Assembly: GCA_028534125.1 (NCBI GenBank)
Contig: CM052848.1
Span: 2,480,001 to 2,544,000 of the forward strand
Length of the DNA: 64,000 bases
Direction: 5' to 3'
Origin: Lama glama
Lineage: Eukaryota
Shown: piece by piece, positions 13,114-26,559 of the stretch
How positions within the stretch are numbered: the first letter of the stretch is position 1
Layout of the letters: every line of letters starts with the position of its first letter
Program-made: the position numbers and the translations under genes
The notes under the pieces: model-generated
What the model saw: the letters and a program-made list of their open reading frames with translations, nothing else
What the model was told of the DNA's origin: nothing
Database searches by the model: none

Positions 13114-14278
13114 ACCAGTAAGGGTGGAGGGAAATGTTTGGGAGGCAGTAGTAATAAGACTTGGTAGTAAATTGTTTGTGGAAATAGGAGTTTGATAGTT
13201 GGATAGGAGAACTCACATTCACACATTCTATAAATAATATTCAGATTCTCCTGAATCAGCATTTCAATGAAAGCAACTGTGGTCATTTTCTGAAGCAATA
13301 TGTGGATGTTTCTTTGAGATTCTGAGCATCTCCTTTATAAGCATTTACTTTCCATGGTGAGGTGTCGGGCAAAAATCTCCAAGGTGCTTTATTTTTCAGA
13401 TGAGTTGCAAAAAGATATGTCTTTGTTTCTTTTCTGCACATTTTCCCACTGAATTCATGACCCAGGTGGGTGATACTTTGCAAAGAATTTTAATATGGCT
13501 TTGCTGTCACAGCATTCGGCAGCTGTGGAAATATGGGGTTCACTTTCCTTTAATGCTTCTATTCTATCCATTTCTGAGGTCACAAGCAATCTACAGAAAG
13601 CCTTTGTTGTTATTTCAGAAATTGCCCAATCTCTAAGTCCTGTCTTCTGTTTGTAAGTATGTCTCGTATCTAGCTCTTAGCCTTTAATCTCCTGCTCTCA
13701 CACCTCAATTTCCCCTCTCAGTTTAGTTCCTCTGTTCTGACAATTCCTCGCTTATGATTTAGCATCTCAGCAAACTTCATCTTGGAAGACTCTTTCTCAG
13801 ATGTTTTTATGAACAAAAGGTGCCAAGACCTTATGATGATGTTACATTTCTCGGATACATCCACTGAGTTTGGACCTTACTAAGTCTGGCTAATATTGAT
13901 TTCCCTAACCTTATAGATGAGAACTAATGGATAAGGGAAGGTTAACGATGAGTCTACATTAGCATGTCGGTAGACCGTTGTGGGGTACAGGCTTGCTGCC
14001 GTTCAAGACCAGCTTTGAGCTCCAGTGGACAAAATAAAGTTAACAAATATCCAGAGGAAGTTATGCTTACAAAATAGACAGACAAAAATGGTGAGGCCTG
14101 TGACCTGCAGGGTTTTTTTTTTTTTTTTTTTTGCTTCTCTTTTTTTACTCTGGAAAGATGGTACAAGGTAGAAAAAAATTTTAAGAATTTGGATTTTTTT
14201 AGGGCAGTCAGGTCTATATTTGAGTGTGCACATTAAGAAACTAAATGAAGACCTGTATGAAGGCAGTTGCTGCTAGCA

Positions 14279-14316
<38 letters not shown>

Positions 14317-14329
14317 ACACACACACACA
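14279..14329. repeat. (CA)n microsatellite, interrupted
   Basis: About 25 CA units read directly, with two interruptions. Confidence 0.95.
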
Positions 14330-14799
14330 ACATGTTGCAAATGGTCTCCAAGACCTGTGTGATTAACCTAGGGATTTTTGATATTTAAAAATACATAGAG
14401 TACAATACACTTAAAATAAGAAAGGAAAAGGAAAAGCAATTCCTACAGAGAAAAAGGAGCAGAAAGATTCTATGTTATGCTAAATAAAGTAGAATAAAGA
14501 CACTGTTACTTTAAAATATCATCTGACCTCTGAGACCTTCTAAAACATGCAAGAATGCACAGAAAACCACGGCAGTTTACAACTGTGACAATTAACGTGG
14601 ATTTGCTCAGCCACCACCTGAGGTTAAGCTCAAGCGTGGCCTCACGAATGGGCAGAAGCAGCCTCAGAGACCCTGGGTACCTCTCCACCTATGTATGGGC
14701 CTATCAGTAGGAGACCCAGAACCCGTTACGCCCCCAAGGTTCTCTGTATACACGGTGGGTGGTGAGCTTGGACTTGACACGCGACAACCACCCTCACCT

Positions 14800-15750
14800 C
14801 TTTAGGCTTTTCAGTGAAAGAGCCTCTGTGAAGACAGTTAACCAGGAGAATAAGCAGAGGACCAGTAATGAAGATTTACACAGAGAAAGAAAGGAACTTG
14901 CAGTTCAGTTCCTTCAGATAAAACCTGTGGCAAGACAGACTCAGACACCAGGCCATATTGCACTGTTTCAGAAACCTCATGCTTTCAAAGCACCAGTGAA
15001 CTAATCAAGAAGTAGAGCTAGGGGAAGGTTTAATTTTAGCTTTTAAGCGTATTGCAATGAAAAGAGCATAAAATAATTGGAAGCAGTTGAATATTTACAA
15101 GAAAAATGGACAAAAAGACTACAAACAGTGGAATTGAAGATGGAACAAAAAAGCAAACAAATGATCATTTTAAATGGAGTAATATTAAAGACAAAATTTT
15201 GAGGATTCAATTCATTAAACCTAGAATAGAATAGTAAGGAAAAGAGAAAACGTGATACTTTTAAAAGCTAGAAATCTTTGCAACGTCTCCCAACACACAC
15301 ACATTTCTCTTTTAACTGATGGGTAAAAGGGGAAAGCTAATCTCCCATCACAGAAAAATTAGAAAACAAATTAATGAAAGCTCTAAAAAATCCTAACCTG
15401 CGGGAAAGGTCTTAACGATGTTCCAAGAGCAACATTCATAACATTAAATACCTGTTTGATTATCAGGCGAAAATTAATGTAAGCGAGCAGTTAAACAGAG
15501 CAGAAATTAATTTGTTCATGATAATGCATTTGGGAAGTTCACCTTCAGTGTATCCGGGTTTGCAGTCAACACTCAGGAAAGGGTACTTGCCCCGGTTTGC
15601 ACTAGATTTTTGGATCTCGTAAGTGGGCGAGCACACGGCCAGAGTCTCCAAGAGTCATGCACTCAGGGAACAGGAGAAAATACAGCTCTTCGTGAGGATG
15701 TAAAAGTCAAGCCTCTCCTGTACTTTTTTTTTTTAAGCAGTTAGAGTTCC
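14800..15750 (+). mobile_element. Possible very old L1 ORF1-like/HAL1 remnant
   Basis: Purine- and A-rich plus strand with a broken coiled-coil-like reading; no firm diagnostic motif. Confidence 0.3.
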
Positions 15751-15989
15751 TGAAATAACTATCTGTTAGAGAAGAACATGGGAAAATAAAATGATTTAAG
15801 AGAAACGCAGAAGGCTGATTGGAAATAGCGTAGAGGAAGAGATACACAGTTTACTGAAAACCATCCTTTCTGTGCTGCAGCGCAGTGATGCCACCATCCC
15901 GCGTCAAATGACTCTGTTTGCGTTTGATGCTGGAGTTTCACTGCCCGCATAATAAGGATGCTTTCATCTTTCCTGTGTGTCAGTTAGCT

Positions 15990-16690
15990 GTGGCTGTTCC
16001 TCCTGTATGTCCCCATACAGAGTTTCAAATAAGTTTGTCAATTCCTGCCCACCGCCCTCCACCACCCGGCCCTACACAAACCTTCCAGACCCTGAATAGT
16101 TGTATTACTATTGCACTGAGTGTATAGATTAGGGCTCACATCTTTATAACTTTGACTCCTTCAATATCTCTAATGACAAAGCCTTTTAGTTATTTTGATT
16201 GTCTTTCATTTCTCTCCACAGTGCCAATTACTGTTCTGTTCAGAGACGCTTCCCATATTTTATAAAATTTGTTTTTTCCGTATTGGGCATGTTTTTAATG
16301 CTGTGTTACAAATGGTATTATACACATTTCGCATTCTGCTTTTGTCACTAATGGATAGAAATACATGGTTTTTGTATACAGGCCTTGAATCTAGAAATCT
16401 TGAAATACTAAATTATACCAATATTTGCATAGATTATTTTAGAGTTGCCATGTGTATCACCGTGTCATTTTAATGGCATGCTTTTCCTTCTTTTCTGTTG
16501 TACATACATTTAATTTTTTTTCTTGTTTGTGGTATTGGCTAGAATTCTTAAATCTCTCATCCCCGGTCACAAGCAGAAAAGTTTTAATATGAATCACTAA
16601 GTATGATTTTTGTAGATTGTTGAATAAGTGCTTACTGAGATTAAGGAACTTTTCTTTGAATCTTGTTTTCTAAGCATTTTAACCTGAATA
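15990..16690 (-). mobile_element. Old L1M ORF2 fragment
   Basis: 'aaataagtttgtcaattc', 'attgcactgagtgtatagattagg...acatctttataac', and 'gtggtattggctagaattc' are antisense ORF2 motifs. Confidence 0.65.
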
Positions 16691-16694
16691 AACA

Positions 16695-17955
16695 TGGATT
16701 CCAGCTCCATCTCCTGGAGGGGGCAGTATTTCCTTGTATTATTTTTAATTCTTTGGTAAGGAGGATTTGTCCCTTCTCCCCCATTTATTTACTTGTTCGA
16801 TCATTAATTTCTCACGCATATTTGGACCCATGCATGCCTGTTTTATACATTGGTTTTCAATTCAGTACCACACCGTGTGTTTTATTGCTAAAATTGCTCC
16901 AACTTTGACCATAAGCCGCTCTTTGAATTTGGCTTCTATGATCTCTGGACGTGCCTGCCTCCTTAGCTTTTTGAGTACTTCTCTGCTTTCCGGAACTGAA
17001 AGGTGCTCCTGGCGCATTTGGTACATTACCGGACTTGGCCCTACAGTCAGCCCTTTTCACTGAATAATGACACTTAGAAACCAAAAGCTAGGTGCCGGGT
17101 GTGCTCTCAGCTAATGGATTGTTACTGCTTCTGGAATCTCTTAGCAAAGTATCCAAGAAACAGATGCATGGATACTACTGACATATGCACACACACCTAT
17201 CTATCATTACTTTTGTATCTATCTGTCTGTACCTAGATTAAACCAAAGCTAAGTTCATACCGATGTCTCAAACTGAAATTCAGCACCGTATCATTCATTC
17301 TAGTCTTTCTCTTTTGCTTTACTATATTTTTCCCTGTCCAACAGTGAGAGACTTGGCCCCACAACCTACTATCCACTTACATACCTGTTTATCCCAAAGA
17401 GGCTTACAAAGCAGAGTCAGAACTGTTACACCGTATCTCAGTATAGAGCACGATTTCCAACCAGCGTACAGTGTTTCTACATGGTTACATTTCTCTTTAG
17501 CTTTACAGTTTTCAGTCTAAATGCTCTTTCTCAGTGTTAATTAGATCAACTTCTTTTTATCTCTACTCCCTGCAGTAAGGTTATGTCATGAATTATTTAC
17601 TCAGTTAGATTCAGCTATCACAGTCTGCATTACATTCTGGGGTGCCAGGTACTTGATACATTTTTTATTTGCATACACTGCAACTCATCCTCTGTGATGT
17701 GCAATTCTGTGGGCTTTGATAAAGCCATAAAGCCATGTGCCCAGCAGTCTAGTACCGTCCAGAACAGTTCCAGTATCTTAAAAATTCTCCTGCAGATCCT
17801 TTCATTGTCAGCCATCATTTCCTCCAATACTGGCAGACATTATTTTCCATTCCTCAATTTTGCCTTTTTCGACCATGATAGGACTGGAATAACATAATAT
17901 GTGGTCTTTTGAGTCTGGCTTCTTGTGCTCAGCAAAATACATTTCATCCATGAAT
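16695..17955 (-). mobile_element. L1MC3/L1MD-type long 3' UTR
   Basis: 'gatttgtcccttctcccccatttatttac', 'ttagaaaccaaaagctaggtgccgggtgtgctc', 'aattctgtgggctttgataaa', 'gtctttgagtctggcttctt'-like motifs. Confidence 0.8.
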
Positions 17956-19164
17956 TCCAAAATGGGATCAGAAAATATTCAAATGAGTCTGGGATATCTT
18001 TTTTCACAAAGAAATAATGCTTTTTTAAATGCCTGGAATAGCGTTTGAAAAATACTTTTAAGAGTTTACTCTGAAGGAAAGACCAAGAAGTGAAATTTGA
18101 GACTCAGGGGTGAGTCTCTCCTGTTGGCAGTGTCAGCACCTGTGTGTCTCTGAGATAGCTTGAAAATTTGAAATAAAATAAATATTCATCATTAATTGAA
18201 AAAATTAAGTTTAGAAGAAAGCATTAGGTCATGATGGTCTTTAGAATGAATGAATAATATAGAATATACTGGACAAAAGTCATCCTGACCAATAGAAGTC
18301 AAACAAGTCACGTTAGCTCCTTGCCAAAAAGTGAGTTCATTGAATTTAGGTGAAATACCTCAGTTAGTTTAATTCGTGTATCTCATGTCTCCAGTAAATT
18401 GTTCAAATAAACCTAGCTAAGGGAATTAGCTATTGAATGGAATCCAACCAGCTCAGGCCTGCTGGGCACGGCTGCACAGGGAATGCTGCTTTTTGAGTCA
18501 TCTGGTCTTAAAATACATGTTGGGAGCGTTTCATAGAGTCAGTTGTTCCTAATGAGCCCAAAACCCAACAGTCACAGCCTCAGGAGTGACTGTATTGGGA
18601 GGACGCTTAACTTAGGGACAAAGTAAACGAAGCACTTTGAGCAAATGTCAGAAAGGTTGGCCCTGGTGTGGGTCCACCCCTGCTGGGAGGGTCAGCGCCT
18701 GTGTGTCTCTGAGATGAGCTTCCACGTTCGGAGGGAGGCTTCTAGACTTGTGCTGTGTAGTGTCTCCCTTTGCAAACTCATCCCCACGAGTCTCCACATC
18801 TTCTACTATTAAAGTAACCTTACATCATCTTCAAATTTTTACCTTGTATTTTTCTTTCTTCTTTTTTTTTTTTTAACTCTTTGCATTAATCCTACCAGAG
18901 ATCCTTTTTGGTTCCCACTCAAACATCATTTTCAAGAAAAAATAAAATAAGATAAATATAAAGACAAGCAAACAAATGAAGTCCCCACGAGACATCAAGG
19001 ACATCGAAAAAGAATAAGAGGTAAATTGATAATCTAATGCAATAGCTGATGTTTAAAAAAATCCAAAACAGTGGTCAGCCACAAAGCAGCTTTATTACTA
19101 GCAAAGTTATCTGTTAGTAGTAATGTTAGTCTCATTTCAGTGTAATTTTTTATAGATATTCTCT

Positions 19165-19640
19165 TTTCAAGAGATTGTGGAGAAATGCACACTTGTGTAC
19201 AGTGGTGATAAGAAAATTAATTGGCTAAATCTTTTTGATAGCAATTTGTCAATGTTTGTCAGTATTTTAATTCTACAGTTTCACTTATTAAAATTTATCT
19301 TAAAGGTATATATGTATCTATATATGTAAAGATAGAGGATTTATATAAACTAGAAACAGCTGAAAATTACAATCAGAAAATGCCTATTTAAATATGATAC
19401 ACTGTCACAATAAAATTCAATTCATTGTCTTTTACTGTGAGCATATATCATAATTAATTAATAATTCATTTCACTGAATCCTTTTTAACCAAGTAAAGTT
19501 AACTGACAAATAGTATATGATTTAGATATTATGGCACAACATTTTTATTGATGCATAGAGAGAATCTGGATGCACTGAACTTTAACAACTATAGAAGGTG
19601 GAACTGGAGAGGCTGCAGAGTGAAATTTTATTTTTCCTTT
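19165..19640 (+). mobile_element. Ancient L1ME 3' fragment
   Basis: 'gattgtggagaaatgcacacttgtgtacagtggtgataagaaaattaattggc...agcaatttgtcaa'. Confidence 0.5.
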
Positions 19641-20654
19641 TAGGAAGGATCAGAAATGTACTTAAGGAAAATTAGTGTGGGACATATTTATAAGACCTGT
19701 TGGAAAATGAGAGACTGCAGCTGATGAAGATACTTGTGGAAGGCTGCTATACAAGGAAGGGAGAAAACATAAAACTTACACAATTTTAATTAACTTTTGG
19801 AACATCTTCAGTCACCTACTTTCAAATTAAATTTTTTCTTATATGATTTTATTTCAGTGCCCACATTTCATTTATTTTGACACACTATTTGAAGTTTCTC
19901 CAAAAGAATGAGTAAGAAAATAAATTGGTTTTTAAAATGCCTAGATCTTCAATTGTATTTGGGCTTTTAGGAACCAAAAATAGTAGTTTGGCTCTTAACG
20001 TCTCTCATTAGCTACAGAGCTTAGCAAAAGAATATGAAGTAAATTTACACTGGCCGCCATGTACTTCCCTCTGTTTTTGCCTCCCTTTGGCATTCTGACC
20101 TGATGCTTACTTGCCCCTTTATCTCTCCCATCCTCTAGCTAATTTCATTTTGGTCATTTTCAGCATTTTTTAAAAGGTACAACTCTTGCCGCTTTCTAGA
20201 AAACCGTCAGCCCTCTGACTCCTGGACGTGGTGTAGAACCAAGCATGTTCTTTTCATTTGTAAGTGTCAGTAATAGTCGTGTCCAGACTGGTACCAGGGG
20301 AATCATAAACACAAAACACTGCAAATTTTCTCCCCAGATGGAAACTAGCAACTAGCCCAGCCATATTCCAAAGTTAGTTAGCTATTTCTCAAGTCAAGTG
20401 ATCACTATTTTTTTTTGACTCATTCACTTAACTAGAACGAAAACAAACAAAACTTAATACTCCTCCCAAAGAATATTAATAATTACATTAGTTTGGGATG
20501 ATCAGAAATAAGATGTTTAGAAAATTTTATTAAGCCATTAAAATAAGGCAATTTGTGGCAGTGTTGGGGGGGGATGGAGGGGAAAAAAAAAACCTGGTTC
20601 TCATTCAAATGTCAATTCTACGACTCCAGCTTTGCCCTCAGGTGTTGGGACAAA

Positions 20655-21480
20655 AAAGACTGAAGAGCCCTTGGAGAGTTTTGAATGGGAGTGTGGGGAA
20701 GAGGAACTGGTAAAGTGTAAATTTTAGGAAGATCACTGGAGGCTAAGATGAAGGAATGGTCCAAACAAAGAGCCAGAAAAGAACAATTAGAAGAGTTTTT
20801 ACTGATTTGATTGAAAAGTAGTCACTGTCTCAACCAAGCAGCGACAGAGGGAAGGGTTAAACTGGGATGTTTGGGGGAAGTATTAGAGAAGTAGAATTCA
20901 CCAGATTTAGTAAATAATTGAAGATGTCATATGAGTGACAGTGAAAAAAGTTATGCCCCATGTTAGGTATCCTAGACTGGCTCTGCAACTCAGCAGGCAC
21001 TGGTGTCTTTCATTGCACTGCGGAATAGGAGAGGAAGGTATGTTTAGGGTCAAGACGATGGGTTGGATACGATGTGTTTAAGGTGCCTGGAAGTGATCCC
21101 TACGGTGCCTAAACTGCAATTTAAAACATGACTATAATTCAATTGTTTAAGTGTAAATAAATAAGTAAATAAAATGCAATTAAATACTAGCAGGGAGAAT
21201 TCTGCCACTGTGTATAGAGTTAGAAGAAATTGCTATTTGGGTTTTATCAAAACAGTGCTGTATATGAAGACATTTAGAAATTGCGTGCACAGGTGGGAGA
21301 TGAAACACTCTCAGAGAAGAATTAGCAAGATTCTACCTAATAAAACTGCAAAAGAAAAAAAATAAAGGAAGAAGAAGAATCAGCAAGACACAAAGAAATA
21401 GTTATAAAGGTAAGACGAGGACCAACAGAGTACAAACCGTAAAAGCGGAGCGAGCTGGCCACATCAGATGTGACCATTAT
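20655..21480 (-). mobile_element. L2 fragments
   Basis: Purine-rich antisense L2 motifs: 'ttttaggaagatcactggaggct', 'agtagaattcaccagatttagtaaataattgaag', 'atgtgtttaaggtgcctgg'. Confidence 0.55.
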
Positions 21481-22882
21481 CAGAAATCTGTGTTAGGGAT
21501 GCTGCAAAAGATGGGGTGATTGAAAAGGAAGAGACCAAGTGATTGTGAGCAGTTTGTTAAACAGAGAAAGAGAATCAGTTTGAAGAGGAAAGGAGGGGGA
21601 AAATGTGTTGACTCCTAGTTTGGGGGTTTCATGACCAGATCGTGAGTCATGAGACAGGAGATGAGTGAAAAGGTCCATGTGGGTAACGCAGTGTGTAAAA
21701 CACAGTAGTTAATAAATATGCACTAGTAGAAAGAGAGGGTGGCTTTTGAGCTGTACCTCAGAGATGTGCTGGTCTCGAGGAGGGAAGAGGCACTGCGGAG
21801 AGCAATTTTCAGAGAGACAGGGAAGCAGAGATGAGACCACTGGGTCTGAAAGGCAGTGGCACACCTGCCTTGCACACTGCCTCGGGGAGCAGGGGATAAT
21901 TTGCACTCAAAGGTCAAGGGAAACAAGACTGCAGAAAACGTTAAAAACTACATGATGGAGATTAGATAAGATGCTGCTAGAAATTAGATTTCTGATGATT
22001 AAATAGCGTTTCATTCCATTTTCTGAAAATACTGGTTTAAGAGGTGAAATTACTCAAAAATCTCATATTCCACTGAAATGTTTACCAGTCCTTTTACTAC
22101 AAGCATATGTTAAAAGTGTTTTCTCTATTCGCTTAACTGAGTTTTTAATGGACTAAATTGTTCAGCACATCACTATTACGCTTTGGGGCTTTCTAGTCAT
22201 CACGTAATTGCTATGCACTCTCTTCAAGCTGTATATTAACATAAAAATGCAACTATCATTTTCATGGATATTGCATGCCAAAGCCAAAAATTTGGTTTGG
22301 CAACAGTAAAAAAAATACATATGACAAAAATGCTTTGGAGCTGTGTATGCACAGTCCACAGCATTTGATAGTTATTTGCCTTTCTAAATAGAAGACCCCA
22401 ATTTAATCCTGAATATTTAGCAACGGTTTAAAACATCTGGTACCTAAAACATTTAAGCCTAAGATTTAGAGTAGATACATTGACACGATATACTGAGCTA
22501 CAGTATCAGTTTTAGTACTTTGGACGCTTTTACAGACGCCCATGGTACTGCATTTCCAGGACTAGAAACAGACAGGTGTCCAATAGGGTGTCTCCTGGAC
22601 CTTCTAAGACGCCACCACTAGCCCCTTTCTCGGCTTTAATAGGCTCCTAATATCCCGTTCTGTTTCATCCCAGCGCATATGTAGTCAGTTTGGTCTCTTC
22701 TCTTTTGGTTCACAGCATCACGTCTTCAGCCCCCTTTCTGTCTCTGAGTAGCAGAGTTAAGGGTAAACTTAGTTACACTCTTCTTAATCCCCCAGGACAA
22801 ATACATTGATAGTTTCTACATTGACAACTTTAAATCTAAGCCCCTTGGGGAAAGTCAGGGCAGCAGGGAGTGAACCAGCTTT

Positions 22883-23110
22883 AGATAATAAGAAATAATT
22901 GCTGTAGAATTTTTGTGTGCCAGTCCTTTTACCCGCTTATGCAAGCTTCGCCACCATGCTGTGGGGCACATCCTTTTAAAATTCTAATTTTGCCACTGAG
23001 GAAAGCAAGTTTTGGGCACGTCACTTGCTCAGAGCTACAGAGAAATAGTGGAACTGAGATTAAAACCTAAGATATTTGATTTCAGAGCCCCAAATCTTAA
23101 CTGCAGCATT
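22883..23110 (-). mobile_element. MIR SINE
   Basis: 'attttgccactgaggaaagcaag...cacttgctcagagctacagagaaatagtggaactgagattaaaacctaag...ttcagagccccaaatcttaac'. Confidence 0.65.
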
Positions 23111-25499
23111 GTAATGCATCGGTAAATAATTAAACATTTAAAAAATCTTACCTAGCTCTTAGAGAAATGCTTTCTAACTTCCTCTGAGATGGTAACAATA
23201 AATCCATTGCATGAACTACACCATCCCTCTGATTATTTCCTCAGATTATATAAAATCCTAAAGATGAAAATGAAGTTAAAAATAGATTTACTCTGAGCCT
23301 TGAAGATTTCAAAGTGTAATAACTTCTTCCTAGTTTCTCTAATCTTTCTACTTTCAGGGTAAAGACGTGCATATCTTTGCCTCCAAAAGTGTGGAAGCAG
23401 TCTCCTCCTCATTCCACTACACCAAGAACAGACAGGAAAATTGGGAAGATACCGTTAGATATTGACACTAAATATTTTTTCAATCCCCAAATAGCAGATG
23501 AAAAATATTGTCACTTCATTGTTATTTGTGGATCACAAATTTGCTTGTCCCTTGAAATAAAGATATCTTAAAGGCAGAGAATTGATAGTAACTGTTTTTC
23601 CAATAATTGAGGAAGATTCCCTGAAATCAACTTTACAACACGTACAAGTCAGTTCCCTTTCTAACCAAATAGGGTTTGTTTAAAAATTAATTACCCTGAT
23701 TTCAGTAAGTCACTAGAGATATCCCCTTGTGCTCTTTGTAATAGATGTCCATACCTATAGTCTTTGTAACTAAATGAATTATTCATAACTACTGTATCAG
23801 TCAGGAAAGCTAGGTTATGATGTAGTAATAAAACATTCAAACTTCTTGTGCATGATTTATCTTCAGGGATGCATTCATTTTAGGTGGGGATGGAGGAAGA
23901 AGAAACCTAATGGTTGTGGGTGGAGGAAAGTAAACTGTAAAATAAATAATCAAAATGGGCAGAAACCATAGAAACCCAGAAATAAAAATCATTGGATCAG
24001 AAATTAGAACATATTTGCTTGCATTTAAAATTTCAACTTGGGGGAATTTTGGTTCCTGGGAGTTTTGGGAAGGGGATACAAGAAAAGCAAAAATAGTCAA
24101 GAGGTTTGACCGCCTTTTAAAGAAGTTTAGCCGTCAATGAAATCAAAGGAATGAACAGAAAATTCAAAATAAATAGAAAACTGTCATACACTCAGGGACC
24201 CGGGAGTGAGCCAGTGTAGGGAGGGAGACTGACAAGGGGGAAGGCTACGGAGGTAACTGTAGCACGATACACTGCACCTGACATGGAAGGGCGCTGCCGA
24301 GAAATGGAGGTCAGCGTAGTTAGAGGTCCCAGCTGGAGGGTAAATTGTGTAGCACCACTGAAATGGACTCTGAGAAACAAGCGGTCAGTGTGGGACTGGA
24401 AAGGGATGATGGTGAATGCCTTCGTAGAAGAGGAAAAAGCTTAAAGGAAATTTAAAGAAGGTAATATTTTGAAATAATTAATTGAAGAGAGAAAAGACAC
24501 CAGAGGCAGGGTGCACAGCATGAACGAAGGCTGGGAGCCATGGTGGAACAGGCTGTGCACAGATAAGGATGAAAGTAACTTTATTTCATTTTTCTAATCT
24601 GAAAATCAAAGTGTTATATTCTCACATTTTTAACTCTACAGTAGAATTTTTCTTGTATTTTGTACCCCCAGTATCTCACATTTCTTCTTAGCAAGTTGAT
24701 TCTCATATCCAGACTCCTATAGTCTGATGGCATCCAAAAAAAGTCAAAATGTACGTATGCAAAATCGGTCATCTACCTGATTCCAAACACAGGTAATAGA
24801 CATTTTATACATTTATTTTCCTTTTTTTGATAATTGTGTTCTCATGTAGGTGTGTGTCCAAACCTAGAGAAACAACAAATATGGATAATTTTAGGCAGAC
24901 TTTCATATTCTTTGATGAGAACCGCCTCCAAGACTAACCCTGGTTAGTGAACCACTGACAGCTACAGAGTAGACAGAGAAGTAAGTTTCTGTCTATTTGG
25001 AGAAAGAACAGAGGATTCTAATAAGCAGACTCTCATTTTAATGTGATAAATAATATATTACTAGAATACAAGTTGTATTAAAGTATGTGTGTATTTACAC
25101 ATTAGTGTTTAAAAAACCTAGAAGACCGTTGCAGGTGAGGAACCCTTCTTAATGAGACGTCCCAGTCTACTGTACAGACAGCTTAGGAGCAACTAAAGAG
25201 TTCTGCTTTTTCCTAGACTATTTATTCGTCAGTGGACCGATGCGGAAGCAGACCAAATAGCCTGATCTGCTTGGTTCTACATTAACCCTAAACTGAAGTA
25301 CTGGATCTTGCCTTTTTCATGAGGATAGACATAAGAGCCCGTGGAACCACCTGAGAAGAACATGTAACAGCTGCCTTGCCCTTGGGCGGAAATGCCCCCT
25401 GTCCTGTTCAGGCTTCCTCAGTCCTCTCATTCTTTTCTTTCTTTCTTTTATTTTTTAACTGGGGCAAGGCGGAGTGAAGTTCAAGGTCTTTCTCGAGAT

Positions 25500-26500
25500 G
25501 TGTTGTACTTCAACTAGTGTCTGCTGATTCAGACTCCTGTGTGTAAGCTTTAGGTTGACAGACTGATTTTCCACTGCTCGTGTATCATATTTCTTCTCTG
25601 CGTCTTTGCGTGTCTGGTAATTTCCGATTTGATGTCAGTCATTGTTAATTTTGCTTTTTTTTAGCTGCTGGATATTGTTATATTCTGATAAATATTTTTT
25701 CTTTATATGTACCTTTATTTTTCAGCTTTTTAAAATTTCTTTTTACTTGAGGTAACATTGGTTTATAACATTATGTAAAACTCATGTGTAAAAAAATTAT
25801 GTTTCCACTTCTGTATACACTACAGTACACTCACCACCAAAAATCTGGCTTCCGTCCATCACCATACAGCTGATCCTCTTTACCCATTTTGCTCTCCCTG
25901 CCCCTTCCCCTCTGGTAACCACTGCTGTCTTCTCTCTATCTGCACGTTTGTTTTTGTTTGGTATGTTTGTTTATATATTTTGTGTTTTTTTAATTTTTTC
26001 ACAGATAAGTAAGATCAATATTAATTCTTCCAGTCCAGAAGTACAACGTATCTTTCTGTTTATGTCTTCTTCAGTTTCTTTCAACAGTGTCTGACAGTTC
26101 TCAGTGTACAAGTCTTTCACAGTATTAAAGGAGAATCTTGTACAGCTCTCTCGAGCTATCCCTCTGCAGATCTCCAGAATTCTCTTTCAGTGTTACTCTT
26201 TCCTTCCTCTGGCACTGCTCATCGAAGTCTGTCTGACTGGGTCTACCTGGATTAGCAGCTCCACGGCCATCATTACTGGGTTCCATATTCTTGACCTGCA
26301 TCTGAAAACTCTCTAAAAGCAGTGGACTTGGACAATCTTAGGGCTCTTCTTATTTGTTTCCTGTATCTCCGGGAACACTGCCCTTTTGTTTCCTGATATC
26401 TCTTGTTTTGAAGATTGTTGTTTCATATATGTTTTCTCGTCTGTTTTTTGTTTCATGCAGTAGTCCCATTGCCCCATCTTGGCTAAAAGCCTCCTTTATC
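25500..26500 (-). mobile_element. Old L1M 5'/ORF1-region remnant, interrupted by a younger L1
   Basis: 'gtctggtaatttccgatttgatgtcagtcattgttaatttt' and 'gggctcttcttatttgtttcc...cactgcccttttgtttcctgatatc...attgttgtttcatatatg' resemble antisense L1M 5' region. Confidence 0.5.
25735..26122 (-). mobile_element. L1 3' end fused to a mid-ORF2 segment (internal deletion)
   Basis: 3' UTR 'ttgaggtaacattggtttataacattatg...cccttcccctctggtaaccact'; 26020-26120 on the minus strand translates as VKDLYTENCQTLLKETEEDIN, which matches L1 ORF2p. Confidence 0.85.
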
Positions 26501-26559
26501 TTTTAAAAGTGAAAATAATTTCTGCCATCCTCTCTGGGATGGGATGTTGTGTCTGACTG

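Noticed and set aside
14759-15004. 81-aa hydrophilic ORF after an acceptor-like site
   Set aside because: No recognisable homology and no convincing donor; it sits in A-rich sequence better explained as an old LINE remnant.
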